Source: the human T2T-CHM13v2.0 reference genome, Homo sapiens
Strand: one strand, 5' to 3'
NCBI RefSeq assembly: GCF_009914755.1
Contig: NC_060926.1
Length of the DNA: 64,000 nt
Shown: in pieces, positions 1-14,693 of the stretch
Layout of the letters: each line of letters opens with the position of its first letter
How positions within the stretch are numbered: position 1 is the stretch's first letter
Notes under the pieces: generated by a model
Database searches by the model: none
Told to the model about the DNA's origin: nothing
The model's input: the letters and a program-made list of their open reading frames with translations, nothing else
Translations under genes and position numbers: made by a program

Positions 1-637
1 GTCCCCTAGAGTCCAGCCACATCTTCAGCTGATCTGCTGTCTTGTGATATTGTCCATTACATCAGAACACAAAGACTATGTAAAGCCTGCACGCAAAATC
101 TAGAAACATAAAAGCACTATGTCCCTATAGTAATTCATGCTGCAAGTGTGTTTGGAGTAACAATTCAATAACAATGTAAGATTAATCAACTCCCAAAAGT
201 ACCCTCTTATATTGTTCTCATATTTTACTGAAAGCTATTATTAGATATGTCTTATTCTCTCTTCTTTCCACAGCCCCTAGAAAGTTAATCCTACTTTGAA
301 GACCTCTAATTTCCCAGTCCTCAGCCATAGCTGATTGGACCAGGAATAGGTGTCTGAATGAATAAACCACTGACTCTCAGAAATTTGAACTGAAAGAGAC
401 AGAGCTACTTGAGCTGAAGAGTCATATGGAGGCTCCATGGAAGTAGTGGTTTTCAGCAAAGCATAAGATAATCAAACATCAGATACCCTTGGAGGAGAGA
501 ATGACAAATGGATAGATGTACAGAGTGAAATGAAGTCATAAGAAAGAGAGATGCAGAGATGGCATTATGTGAAGACATTAACCTTGGTTACCAAATTAAA
601 TATCCAGGCCCTGGACAGCCAACTACATTTGCCTCAT

Positions 638-1018
<381 letters not shown>

Positions 1019-1710
1019 GTCTCACATTTTTAGATACCAGTGAGGTCAACTTTCAATTTGCTGCTACTTAAGCAAACTTAAATTTTGTTTACTTAGGCAA
1101 ACTTGAGTGGCCCTCTGATCACTGAGACAAAAACCAGAAAATGCTTAATAGAATGAGATGAGAGAAAAATTGGTCATATAAGAATAATTCTGCATCTTGG
1201 AAAAAAATGCTCACAGGTCTTCCTCATTACACAGCTCAGAGGCCCACATTTAAGCACTGATGTGTGAAACTCTCTCAGATTATATTCATTTTATATTATT
1301 GAACAGAGAAATTAGACCACCTTTTTGTATAGACCCCTTTGCTTTTGCTACCAGGCAGCTCAGAACAACGTTTAACATAGATTATCTCTGCTTTTCTTAT
1401 GTGTCTATGTAATGCTTGCCTGTTTGCTTCTTGTGTTATTTAAATTAGAAAGTTTGTAGCATTTATCTTTTTTGTATACTTATAGTTTAACTTAGTGTTT
1501 TTATAAATTCCATATTTTGTTTTTATAACTATCAATTAATTGAACAAAATGAGTAATATTCAAAACTCTTATAAACATTGTGGAAAAGTTAGTGAGGAGG
1601 TAAACTTAAAAATGGTAAATTATATTAATTTAATATATTCTTAAATTACTAGTTTTCAGTAGGTAGGGGTCCAAAGAGTGCCCCAATTAGGCATTTAATA
1701 AATACATTTC

Positions 1711-2016
<306 letters not shown>

Positions 2017-3507
2017 TAATAAGTATATCTAAGAAGAAAGTAAACTTCATTACCAGATAAACAAAGTATTTTAGAAAATAAAATAGTGTTGATTTTAGCC
2101 AAGGTCTTATTTTTTAAAGGCACATTTGAGAATAACTGACCCATATTATGGCAAAGCAAGTACAATTTACTAACAGATAACAAGATAAAGTATGACACAT
2201 ATCTATAGACATATACAGAAAGAACTAGTCATCATGAATACTCTGCAGATATTATGTCGTGCAATTCTGGTGTTAACTGTTTATCCTCTGATAGAGGCTA
2301 GGTAAAGAGTTAGAGAACAGTTGCTAAAGGAGCTGTGTCTCTTTTTCTTCTCTATCCTCAGATCTTTCTTTCTGATATTCTTTCATTTCTGTGCTGATGA
2401 TTGTCTCTGATATTTCACTACACTTTATGTCTTCTTGTTTTCATGCCCATGACTGCTGTTATTCTAACAGCAAAGACTTTGGTGGACTGTAGTTATTTCT
2501 GCAACTCTAACCTTGTTGTTCCTGTTAACCTCTGCATGTACCCGTATAATTTTGGAAACTATAGTAACATAACTCTCTGCTACAGCAAGTTTCAAATTAG
2601 CAACTATAAATGTTTCTTTCTTTCTCTACACAGAAGAGTACAGAAGGACCTTGGAAACAGGATTATTTTTGTCAGAGAACAAAAACTTCCAGTTGCAAGT
2701 TGGCTTTTGAATAGTCTCCCTTCTATTCCTCCATCACTTCCCATAGTTCACCCTGTGTTCCACTACACACACTTTCCTTGGCCCCAGCAGCACAGGTTGC
2801 TTAATCATTTCATAACCATGTATGTGGTTATGAATAGGTACTTGAACAAGAGACAGCAGTTATTTTTTTTCAGCGTAAAATTACATCTGAGAAAGCAACA
2901 TCAGAAAATCAAGAATCTGCAATAGGCACATCGTAGATACTGAGAGGCCTTGGGTGATTTCAAGTTCCCAAAGTTTCCCAATTGCCACCAGAAATAACAT
3001 CTCAGGTCACCTCAAAGCCCTTCCAATACGCAGTTTCCATAGAGTTTTTACTGGCCTCTCAGGCTCTTCACCCCTTTTGCTCATGGAGATGCAGTTTCAC
3101 TCTTGGTCACAGTGAGATTGTCTGCACTCTGTGGACCTCCCTGAAGTCAGGCCGAACCTAGGTGGTACATCTCCCCTGATCGGGAATGAGTGAATGTGTA
3201 TGAATGAATAGTGTAGCTCTTTCTTACCTCCGCCATTAAGGATGTTTGGTAGAAGAGGCCTCACAGCCCAGAAAACATATATTTATATATTTCCATCTTG
3301 AATTTACTCTGAGGTCCCTTATTATTTAGATTAAGAGTCAAGAGTTTGACAAACTTTTCAATTTTCATGGGCTATCCAAATCATTCCTATAGCAATCTAG
3401 AGTTGAGTGCCTATGATAATTAGTCCTAGATCTAAGCATTTAAAGCAAATCCACATTTTTCAAATTTTAGGACACATAGGCTGTTACAGAATTTCATCCA
3501 AAATAAT

Positions 3508-3690
3508 GCCATATACATATATAGTTTTATATATGTATATAAAATACATATAGTTTTAGTTTTATATATAAAACTATATATAGTTATATATAAAACTATA
3601 CATGTAGTTTTATATATAACATATATATTTATACATTTATAAATAATTTTAGTGTTTATATATAAAATATATATAGTTTTAGTGCATGTG
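3508..3690. repeat. AT-rich low-complexity (TA)n-like tract with internal palindromes
   Basis: Repeated tagttttatata/tataaaacta units; perfect 20-bp palindrome tagttttatatataaaacta at 3557-3576. Confidence 0.85.
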
Positions 3691-3754
3691 TGTATGTGTG
3701 AGTATCATAAGACATGGTCCACATTTAAGCAATATAATGAAATGTATTTAAAAA

Positions 3755-3852
3755 ACAGGAACCATGTCTGTTTTATTATTTTACCCTCAGTATTTAACAG
3801 AGTAAATGGACCATACTAGGTGCTTAATGTATATTTGTTGAATGAATGAATT
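3755..3852 (+). mobile_element. L2 3' end
   Basis: 'taggtgcttaatgtatatttgttgaatgaatgaa' is the typical L2 terminus. Confidence 0.7.
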
Positions 3853-4224
3853 AAATCAAGGAATTAATGGACGAATTCAACCAGAAAATTTTGCTTTGTC
3901 GACGAAATTGTGTTGTGGCTTGTGTGCATCTTGTATGTATCTCTAAACTTGACCTTAAAATCTCTTACTCCAGAACCCTCAGTCTCCAGAGTGTTTCCAT
4001 CATTTGCAATGACATCTCAGAAGAGCTATGCAGCTGCAGGTTGATCTTGCAATGCACCCAGTACCCACTGCAGTGCCTTTTACCTCCAGGCCACTTAGTT
4101 TTATTTTCTTCCTTTGAAAGGAAGGAACCAGCAAGTATCTTCTCATCTTATGCATTATTAATATGTCCCATCAGCATATAAACATATCTACCATAATGTC
4201 TGGTCTTTAAAAGTAAAATCAAAA

Positions 4225-5740
4225 CCTCTCCCTTGAATCCAGACTTCCTGTCTCCAGCTACAACCTTATTTCGGATACTTTTTTGAGTTAAAACAAACAA
4301 AACAATAAAATAATAAAACCAAAAACTTACAAAAGTGATCTATAGTAGTCCACTCCATCTTCTTACCTTACATTCTCTCTTTAGTTCATTTCCATCAAAT
4401 TTTTTTCCCTCCATTCCACTAAAACTGTTCTCATCATGGGCATTGGTGACCCCTATTGCCACCCATTGATCACTTGTTTGTTGTTATTTCATTGACCACT
4501 CTCTACTTCATCTCTTAGCTATACTATCATGTGACCTGATTTCCTTCCTCTTGCCTAGGACAGTCTGTCTTTGTCTCCTTTGCTGTCTTCCTGCTCTTAG
4601 TTTGTTGTGCAATTACCCTTCATGTCCTAGGTCATCTCCAGCAGCTCCTTGAGTGTGCATTCCTTCTAAATATTGAAAACTTGGAAACTTAAAATTCTAG
4701 CCCTAAATTCTTTCTAAATTTCCAGAGTCATGTATCCAACTACTTACTTGAAATATTTACTCTGATGTCAAATTAGCATCTTAAACCTTATATATACAAA
4801 AGAGAGCTCCTGATTCCTCACTCCTCAACATGCTCAGCCTTCCCCATAGCAACTAACCTACCACCTCCCCAGAGAGTACTCAAGCCAAAGCCTCCAAATC
4901 ATGCATGATCCTACCGCTCCCCCCATTTCTCCACATTCGACTCATCAGCAAGTCCTTTCAAAAATATCTTTGGGATATGTCCTGAATCTATGTCTGATCA
5001 GTCCTGCCTCTACCATCCAATCCAACACACCATTATTTCTTCCCTCAGTAATAGGCAATAGCCTTGTAATCAATCCCTTCTTATTTTTGTGCCTCTATAA
5101 GTTATTTTCCCCAATAAACTCAGAATTATTTTTGAACACATGACCCATCCTCCTACCTAATACTTTCCTGCAGCTCACTGCTGCTCTTAGAATTATATCA
5201 AACTCTTTTGCAAAGCTTTCAAACTCACAGACCTGGACGTGGACTTATCCTTTCTTTCTCCTACAACACCTCCCTCAAGTTCAACCTTCACTCCACGCTG
5301 GTTTTCTTGCTGCCTTTGAACACATCAACATTTTTTTCCTAGTCTTTAGGTCTTCATACCAGCTGTTCTCTTTTTTTGGAAAGCCCTTTGTCCAGATATG
5401 CCAATTGCTTATTCATTTTTGTCATTTAAGACTCAGCTCAAGTGTCATCACTCCTGTCACCTTGTCCAAAGGTCAGCCATGCAATTGGAGCTGATCCACC
5501 ACCACCAGAATGAAACAAACAAGCACATATACATTATACCACATCAATCTGTTTTCCTTTTTAAAAAACACTTTACATAGCTGATATTATCTCCTTTATT
5601 TTTTGTTCAGTTGTCTTCCCCAGGTGGAACATTTGGCTGCAATAAAGAAAGAGAGTATAAGCCTCATCCAGGCATTTTTAGAGATATACAATTTTTTAAA
5701 AATTGTAAGTACTTTGACACACTATAGATGCACAGTGTCA
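4225..5740 (+). mobile_element. L2 (LINE-2) degraded 3' region
   Basis: Pyrimidine-rich tract with L2-like motifs such as 'ccattccactaaaactgttctc', 'gtatccaacttacttacttgaaatat', 'agcatcttaaacctta' and 'actcagctcaagtgtca'. Confidence 0.7.
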
Positions 5741-7487
5741 AGCTGCTTTCTCAGCATGGATATTGTTTTTGAGATTTCAAACAAGAGGCCCAACTTTCAG
5801 TGGGTAGCCTCAGATTGCTCTCTGACAACCACTCTCAGCCCTAATTCTGTCAAAGTAGTTCATTAGAATCAGCAAATCTGTGTAAAAGTTCACTGACTTT
5901 TATATATATGGAAACTCCTACACAGGGAAATCAGCTGCAGCTTTTGGTGTCACCATGACCATTTCCAATTTTTATTTTTCTTAGCCATCCAGTTAAGGCC
6001 TTTTGCAGAGTAAACCAGCATGAAATTGATTTTCCATTGTAATTTAGTCATTTCAGAAGACTCGAGATCTGGGAACACTTTGAAAAAGTGGTGCCAAGTT
6101 TTCTACTTCCTCTTTTTCATTTAAAAAATATTTATTTTATTTGGTTGAAAATATCAAAGGCAGATAATTTGTTACTAAAAACAGTTAAAATAAACTTTTG
6201 ATTCTTTCTTGGTAACTCTAGACAGTTTAGGATGTCTTCTAGGTTGTGAGGATCCTGATCCTAAATAGTTGCAGCTCACTGGATGACCCTAGCTCATTCT
6301 CTTTGTGAGATGTGACTTCATTACTAGACTTGACCCAATTTGTTTTCTAATACAGAATATTACAATCTGGGAATTGTATAAGACTTACTTACATAAGTCA
6401 TCTGTGAAAAACTAATGGATGGGTCTCATCAGCCAGAATTCAAATGCTATACAAGAGCAGCAATTTAAATTACTTGGATCTGGCACTAACCTGCCCCATA
6501 AATATCCTAGAGCTGACATCTGGACCATGCATCTTATATGTTGTTATCATGGAACACTTATATTTAGAACTACTCCTCTCCCCAAGCTCTTCTAAATGTA
6601 TTGTCATTTTTTCTTTTTCTAGCAAACTAGAAAAATAGTCCAACTGTCACTATCCTCAAGTGCTTCAACTCTACTAGAAAATGGAAAGGTGAGAGAAATT
6701 CTGATTAACAAAAACTATTTCCTTTAACTGCAGAAAGGAGAAATAGACAAGTCAAAACCTGAATAGCATTAATAATTTTTTTGAAAATGTATGGATTAGA
6801 AGAGAGAGACTTAATTAATTATATAAATACAAAAAAGGACAAGTGTAGCCAGCAGGTTAATAATGAATATTTCAGAAGCTAGTGCTTACAAAAATATATT
6901 CCTTAATTATGTTCATTTATAGACCTTTGAAAGAAAGAGTGTTAATGGGCTAAAAAAATTTCAATATATAGGATGAAGATGAATCCAAATGAATTGTGAA
7001 TGAGAAATTGAGAGCAGATGACATAAGTAGGTTATAAACATTACTGTCTTTTTTTCTCATATACTTATACAAAATGCTCTTTGTTACTTTAGATTTTAGA
7101 GGTTGAAGTTCAATGGCATCTTAGACAAGGAAAGATAAACTCTAATGCCTTTTCTTATTTGTTTTGTGTATTTATCTCTAAAACCTAGACTTCCTACCGG
7201 AGAATACTTTGTAGCCAATAGTAAGAAAGTCAGATTTTGGATATAAAAAACCAACAACTTTTTAATGTTTGAGAAAAGATGGGCTTGAGAAATCCATTCC
7301 AGGTTGTAATCTATTAATTGTGAAGTGTAGTCCACTGAAAATTTGATTTCTATTCCAATATTTGCTTAGGAGCTATAGTTAAATGTTTAATACCAATGAT
7401 TATTAGCTATGGCTTTGAGACTTGGTCAGACACCATGATTTGCTTTCATCTGACCTTTTTGGAGATTCAATTTATTTTAACTCAACT

Positions 7488-7665
7488 GAGAATCACAGAG
7501 TCAGAGTTGAATGAAATTTTAGAAATCACTGAATACCACTTTCACCCACCACCACCGGATGGATAACTCTGAGTTCCTGATAGAGTAAGTTGCTGTAGTT
7601 CACTCAGCCAATCAGAGAAAGAACTTGCACAGACATTAGGAATTCCAAATCACAGGTCTTTCATT
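7488..7665 (-). mobile_element. MIR
   Basis: 'agaatcacagagtcagagttgaa...aactctgagttcctgatagagtaagttgctgtagttcactcagc' resembles the antisense MIR core. Confidence 0.5.
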
Positions 7666-8249
7666 GACTCTCAGTGAGATAAGCCAGTCCAAACTATTTG
7701 CAAATGTTAAGAAAAAAATCTGGATTCTGCTCAAGACACCACTGTCCTGATTCAATGGGGTCAAGATGAACCAGGACATTCATGTTCTAAGCTGCATGGG
7801 ATGTCCTGTACCTACTTTATTGAAACAAGCTTCAGTTCTGAATGGCTAATGGATTAGATGCTCTTAATTTTGCTTTTCCATCTTCGTTAATACTTCATAG
7901 AAGATATTCAAAAAGCCTTACATTCTATAAATAGAAATAGAATTGCAGATTAGAGATTAGTAGTTTGAAAATACTTCTACAGTCATTTAGCAATGAAGAA
8001 GAAAGCCAGTCCTACATGTCCTTTATTTTCAGTAAGATTTTCTCTAAGAAATAGTCCTTGGAGTACTGGAAAGGTAGACTTCAACAAATATCCGTGGCTG
8101 GGCAGCCTCAGACTTCAGTGAAATATTTTCCTGATGGTCTTTGGGGGCGACTCCACTTACTTCTCCCACATAAAAGAAATTACTCAGCAGATCTCATGGA
8201 GGTGGAATGGCCAAGTCAATTTTTTAAGTACAAAGAAATATTATAGGCA

Positions 8250-8812
8250 TGTAGCAAACTTTGTTGGTTACAAGCCTCCTCATCGAGCTCTTGCTTCTAA
8301 TTTCCTTTCTAAGAGACCTCCAGCTTAATTGGGGGGTCTAACATCTTTCTTCTGCATCCACATGCTACATTAGGCCAGTCATGGGAATCCCACTTCCCTT
8401 GGACATGCTAACTGTTCGAACAGGCATGTGACACACACAGAATGAGCTGTGAGGGTGTTCCTGTTGAATGATTTCTGAGAATTTCTTCTTATAAAAGAGA
8501 CTGCCAGCAGGAGCTGATGAATTAGCTTCCACTGGACACTGCCACATGTGTGTGTCCCACCCAGGTTGCTGTAGCTGCCCCACAACCATGAGGGCAGCCA
8601 GCTGGAGAATGAAGCTGGCAGGCAGGGAGGACAGAGACACGGCAGACAGAATGCTGGTTCTTGGCATTCTGGAACCTCAGATTTCACCAACCCTTTCACT
8701 GCCATGCCTGAGACTTCCTGTTATACCAGATAACCACATTTCCTCCTAGTTTTAAGACAGCTAATTGAGGGTTTTCTGTTGCTTCCTGCAGCAAACATCT
8801 TAATGGATATAC
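8250..8812 (+). mobile_element. MLT1J-like MaLR solo LTR
   Basis: 'aggccagtcatgggaatcccacttccctt', 'ggcatgtgac', 'accatgagggcagcc', 'gacttcctgttat' and the end 'ggttttctgttgctt...catcttaatggatataca'. Confidence 0.75.
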
Positions 8813-10766
8813 AAATAATATAGAAGTAACATTTCCCCTGACATTTTAAAAAATGTGGCAACCCCTGTCAAGGACTTTCACTTCAGCAGTATACTTCCAT
8901 CACCAGAGATGCTGCTAAGAATATAGAGTTGGCTAGATTACTATCCCCAGTGATGGAATATTCAAAATTTAATCAGTTTTCAGTTCAAGGAAATAACCGC
9001 TAATAAAAAAAATGCTTTTGGATCATTTCATGAGGCAGAGTACTTTATTCCATATGGCATCCTGCACGTCCATATGGCTTCAGGAATTAGAGAGGTATAT
9101 TTGTCAAAATATTCAATCAATTGCAGCCCTTAAAGTTGATAATGTTATGTGTTTGGAGCATACACCATCTCTTGAATATGGGGGAAAGTCAAAGGAGCAA
9201 ATGCCAGCCAAAGAAAAATCATAGTGAGTTTATATTCAGGAGAGAAGGAAAAGAAAGAAAAGAGACCTGCACTGCTGTAATTTAATCCAAATCATGTGAA
9301 TGATATTGACTCGGCACTGCAATAACCTAGTCATGGGTAAAAGCAATGTGTAATAAGATTTATTCAAATAAGAATAGGGCAGGAAAATTCTGATTATTTT
9401 ACATTTCAATTGGCATAATTTCAAAACATCAACCACATATAAAGCAGTTACCTTAAAGAAAAAGACATGTATTAAACAAATTTAAACACCTTCAACATTT
9501 GTAAGTTTTATTTTTTTATTTTTTTATTTTCCTGCACCATTGCCCAACCAGACTTCAGAGATTGTTCTTAACCCCTTCTGGCTTTGGCTGCCTATAAACT
9601 GTTTTAGCTGTGACTGATCTAAAATTTCTGCAAACTTGTCTTTCTAGATAAAGAAATTAAGTAGAATAGCTGCCCACGGGGAATACATCATGTCACTGGC
9701 ACCTTCCATTCTTATGTCCTGTATTCTGGGTCTGAATGCGTGGGGAAGGCTGGCTCAGGAGGGCAGGCTGAGCTTCTTGGGCAACAGGTTTCTGTTTTTG
9801 TTTTTGTTTTTCAAGGTAATAAAAAAATAAGCATGAGCTGGAGCTGTATTTCAGTGAAATTATCCCAAGTGAGAGAAAGCAGAAGATGTTAGATTTGATG
9901 CTGTGTAGAAAAGAGAGGCAACTGACAGAGAAACAAGGTTGGTTCCCCTAGAAAAAAAAATAGAATCAAACCCATCAAACAAGAAATGGGCAGGAGAAGT
10001 CTATAAGGGCCACAGGCAGGAGGAGACCAATTTTCTGAAATACACTTCATGTTAAATTAACTACTCTCAGATTAGGATGCTGAATATATCCAATATATAA
10101 AAGTTAGGTGAGTAAAATTCAATGAGGATATTTCTGAATGTTTATAAAAAGGAATTTATAAATGAACAAATTCAAAATCGATTTCATACCATCAAAGGAT
10201 TACCCTCTGGATGTGGAAGTGAAACTGGAATGTCATAAAGGTTAGCCAGTTCCCTTCATTTCTGCCAATAAGCACTACTTCTCAGTCATCAGAACCCCGG
10301 GGGTACCTGCCTCTGGGCTTCAGCTTACATAGATATTGTCAAGTCGGTGCCTTTTGAACAACACGATGAAACTGCCAAAGTTTGAACTATTGCAGGCATG
10401 AACTTATTAAAAAACAAAGGACAAACCATGGCATAATATTGAGTCTAATGAACCTGTCCTACAACGTCAGGATTGATAATACTCTCTCTTCCCCAATTTT
10501 TATGTAAATTCTTTGATGTAAACATCACATCCCAAGATGAATTCTGGTTTGTCACAAACTCATACACAATGTTTGTGAGTGTCTTGAGTGCCCTGAGGGC
10601 AAGGAATGCCTTCCTGCACTTCGCAAGTTCTTGGTATCCATCTGACTCTCAGACAAGTGTGCACCACACCTGTCTGAAGGCACCACAGGGATTCAGCCCC
10701 ACCTTGAGTCTGCCCGAGTCCTTCCCACTCTGTGCAGGCTTTCTTGTTACTCGCAGATCACACTAA

Positions 10767-11105
<339 letters not shown>

Positions 11106-11130
11106 TAGGAACATATAGCACATTATTATT

Positions 11131-11259
11131 ATTATTATTACTATTTTTCACGGTCCTGATTCCTTTTTATCTTATTTTTTTTAATATTTTAAGTTCTAGG
11201 GTACATGTGCACAACGTGCAGGTTTGTTACATATGTATACATGTGCCACCATGTTGGCG
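11131..11259 (-). mobile_element. Extremely 5'-truncated L1PA (3' end only) with an extra tail segment
   Basis: 'ttttaagttctagggtacatgtgcacaacgtgcaggtttgttacatatgtatacatgtgcca' is the antisense L1PA 3' end; TSD atagcaca(t/g)tattatt at 11115-11130 and 11260-11275. Confidence 0.85.
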
Positions 11260-11589
11260 ATAGCACAGTATTATTTAGTGTTCAATTACATTCTTCAAAT
11301 TCCCCTCTTTCTTGTCTCTCCAAATATTTTCAAGTCTCTTACAGAAAAAAATGTGCCTTGTTTTTCTCCCAGATGCCTGTCTTTAGCACTTAGCATGGTG
11401 CTGAGGGTATGTGAAGTTGATTGGTTTGTGAGTGGAGAAAAAGGAGATTTCTAAAGCACTAGAAAAGATCCGCCTCTCCATGTATACCAACCTCTTGTTT
11501 GGTGTGAGCATGTCTGAGTAAAAAGCATAATCACATCAAACGTAGCCACAAGTTCATCACTTTACTTTCCCTGGAAGGCAGCTCTAGTA

Positions 11590-11785
11590 GAGGAGAACTG
11601 GCAAGAATTTTGAATTCAGAAAAATCTGGATTTGAAGCTTGACTCTAATCTTTACTAGCTTGTAACATTGGTCAAAGAGTCTTTCTCTGTTTCTGTATTT
11701 ACTAGTAAAAGTATGAATAATACAAACTTCTTGAATGTTTTTGGAAATATTAAATGAGATAAGGCATTGGATATGCCCTAGCACG
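11590..11785 (+). mobile_element. MIR
   Basis: 'aatctggatttgaagcttgactct...ttactagcttgtaacattggtcaa...attaaatgagataaggcat...ccctagcac' follows the MIR consensus order. Confidence 0.7.
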
Positions 11786-12102
11786 TTAGGATGAATGATG
11801 TTTATGTTGATTCTTTCTGTGCTAGTAACCAGTGACCATTTTTACCTTGAACTTTCTATTTCTCCCTGAAACTAATTTCTTTTTCTCTTGATATTATCTT
11901 TTGGAAAATATCAATGAAAGGAGCTTGTATGAGTAAAGTCTAAGGATTCAAATGCTGGGAGGGACCTGGAGTGCTGTGGGTTACTATCCCATGACTCCCT
12001 GTTTATTGTATTAATGGCCAGACTGGTAGTACTCCCATTCATACCTACCCATCCACTCCCAATTTCAATACAAATTTATATCTCTATAAATGACTAAAAT
12101 AC

Positions 12103-12340
12103 TATTGTGTTGGTTTTTCTTTCTTTTTTTTCTTGCTGCCACAACAAATTACCACTTACTTAAAGAACATAAGATTAAAGTGATAGATTTTAAAGCATAA
12201 AATAAAAAAAAAATTATTATCTTACCATTCTGTGGGTCAGACATTCACATGACTTTGGCCAAAATTTAGATGGTGGTAGACTGTGTTCTTTTCTGGAGGA
12301 TCTGGGGATTTATTTCCTTGCCTTTACAGCCTCCAGAATT
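12103..12340 (-). mobile_element. MLT1B/C/D-like LTR fragment
   Basis: 'ttgctgccacaacaaattaccac...ttattatcttaccattctgtgggtcaga...ttctggaggatctgggga...tttccttgcct'. Confidence 0.65.
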
Positions 12341-13448
12341 CTGGACTTGAATGGGAGTGACAGTGTTTTTCTTCTGGTAATGAGCATAGGTGTAGGCTGG
12401 TGCAATTAATAGTCACTACATGCAAGAAAGCAGAATCAAGGGAAATGAAGAGAAGCTAGTCCTGTTAACTTCAATTGACACTGAAATATCAGTCATCTCT
12501 GAAGTTGAATATCCATGAACTTGTCAGGTATATGTCAGGTATATTGTATGACATTTGTAAAAAAAAAAATTATATTAGCTTTAATTGAATTACTTCTCAC
12601 TTTCTTTTTTCCTCTCTTGAAAATGTAGGTAGTGCCTTCTTTCACTGGGCCTCATGGCTCCCTAAATAATAAGATTCCAGATTAGTGTGTTGGATAAAAT
12701 ATAGTTGGGCTGGCCTCATTATTCTAATATATTTTAAAATGATAAGAGACTTGAAAATATTTGGAGAGGGTGTGTAATTAGACCACTTTCTTCCAAATAA
12801 AAAAACACTGATGAAACCTACAAGGAACTTTTTCCTACTTTGGATCTACTATCTTTGGATCAAAGTAGGATACACGTTCCTACCTTGTCTGATTCTAAAT
12901 ATATATGTTTTTCACATTACAATGACTTTTTTCTGAAAAATAATGAGAAATATTCTTAATATTTTACAAAATGAGAGATCCTTGTATATGAAATCAAATG
13001 TTTGATAATTAAATTGAATAATATATTTCTGTGATATATAATGATATCTTCTCACTTCCTAAAATAATTTTGTTTATTATCTTTTCCCCAGCTTTTTTGA
13101 GATATAATTGTCAAATAAAAATTGTATATATTTATGGTGAGCAACGTGATGTTTTGATATGTATATATTGTGAAATGATTACGACTGTCAAACTAATAAG
13201 CGTATTTATCATCTCACATAGTTGCCTTTGTGTGTGTGTGTGTGGTAATAACATTTAAGATCTATCCTCTCAGGAAATTTGAAGTATTCAATACAATATT
13301 ATTAACTGTAGTCACCATGCTGTATATTAGATCCTCAGAACTTACTCATCTTGTAACTGAAAGTTTGGATACTTTGACCAACATCTCACTATTATCCTAC
13401 TTCTTACCCATCTGTAACTACCATTCTACCCTGTTTCTACAAGTTTGA

Positions 13449-13758
<310 letters not shown>

Positions 13759-14614
13759 CAAGTATGACTTTTTTAGATTCCTTACATAAGTCATATATGC
13801 AGTGTTTGTCTTTTTGTACCTGGTTTGATTCATTTGGCATCATGTCCTCCAGGTTCATTCATGTTGTTGCAAATGACAGAATTTTCCTTCTGTTTTAAGG
13901 CTGAACAGTATTCCATTTTATATATGTATATATACAGCACATTTCTTTCATCCGTTTATCTGACAATGAACACTTAGGTTGATTCCATAACTTGAATATT
14001 GTGAGTAATACTGCAACCAACATAACAGAGAGGATATCTCTTCAAGATACTGATATCACTTCATTTGAATATTTGCCCAGAAGTGGGGTTGCTGGATCAT
14101 ATGGTAATTCTATTTTTATTTTTCTGAGGAATGTCCAGACTGTTTTTTATAATGACTGTACTATTTTACATTCCCATGAATGGTGTACAAATGTTCCCTT
14201 TTCTTTACATCCTCACCAAGACTTGGTACTATTTGTCTTTTAGATAATAGCCATCCTAGCAGATATCAGGTGATATCTCACTGTGGTTTTGATTTGCACA
14301 CACCTCCCTGGTGATTAGTGACATTGAGCACTTTGTCATACTTTCCGCCCATTTGTATGTCTTCTTTTAGACAATTTATATTCATGTCCTATGCCTGTTT
14401 TTTAATTGAGTTCTTTGTTTCCTTGTTATTGAGCTGAGTCCCTTCTATATTTTGGATATTAAACCCTTGTGAGATGTATAGTTTATACATATTTTACCCA
14501 TTCCCTTCACTCTACTGATTGTTTCCTTTGTAGTGCAGAAGCTTCTCATTTGTCCAGTTTTGCTTTGTTGCCAATGCTTTGGAGATCTAATCCAAAAAAA
14601 AAAATCATTGCCCA

Positions 14615-14693
14615 TTGCGATAGTTTGCTGAGAATGATGGTTTCCAGCTTCATCCATGTACCCTAGAACTTAAAGTATAAAAATAAAAAAAAG
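14615..14693. mobile_element. Micro L1PA insertion with 5' inversion (twin priming)
   Basis: Antisense L1PA ORF2-end segment at 14615-14659 joined to the sense 3' end 'catgtaccctagaacttaaagtataa' plus A-tail; TSD aaaaaaaaatcattgccca at 14596-14614 and 14694-14712. Confidence 0.9.

Noticed and set aside
2401-2925. 174-aa ORF in unique sequence
   Set aside because: Starts at TTG, has the composition expected of AT-rich non-coding DNA, no recognisable domain and no convincing exon structure.
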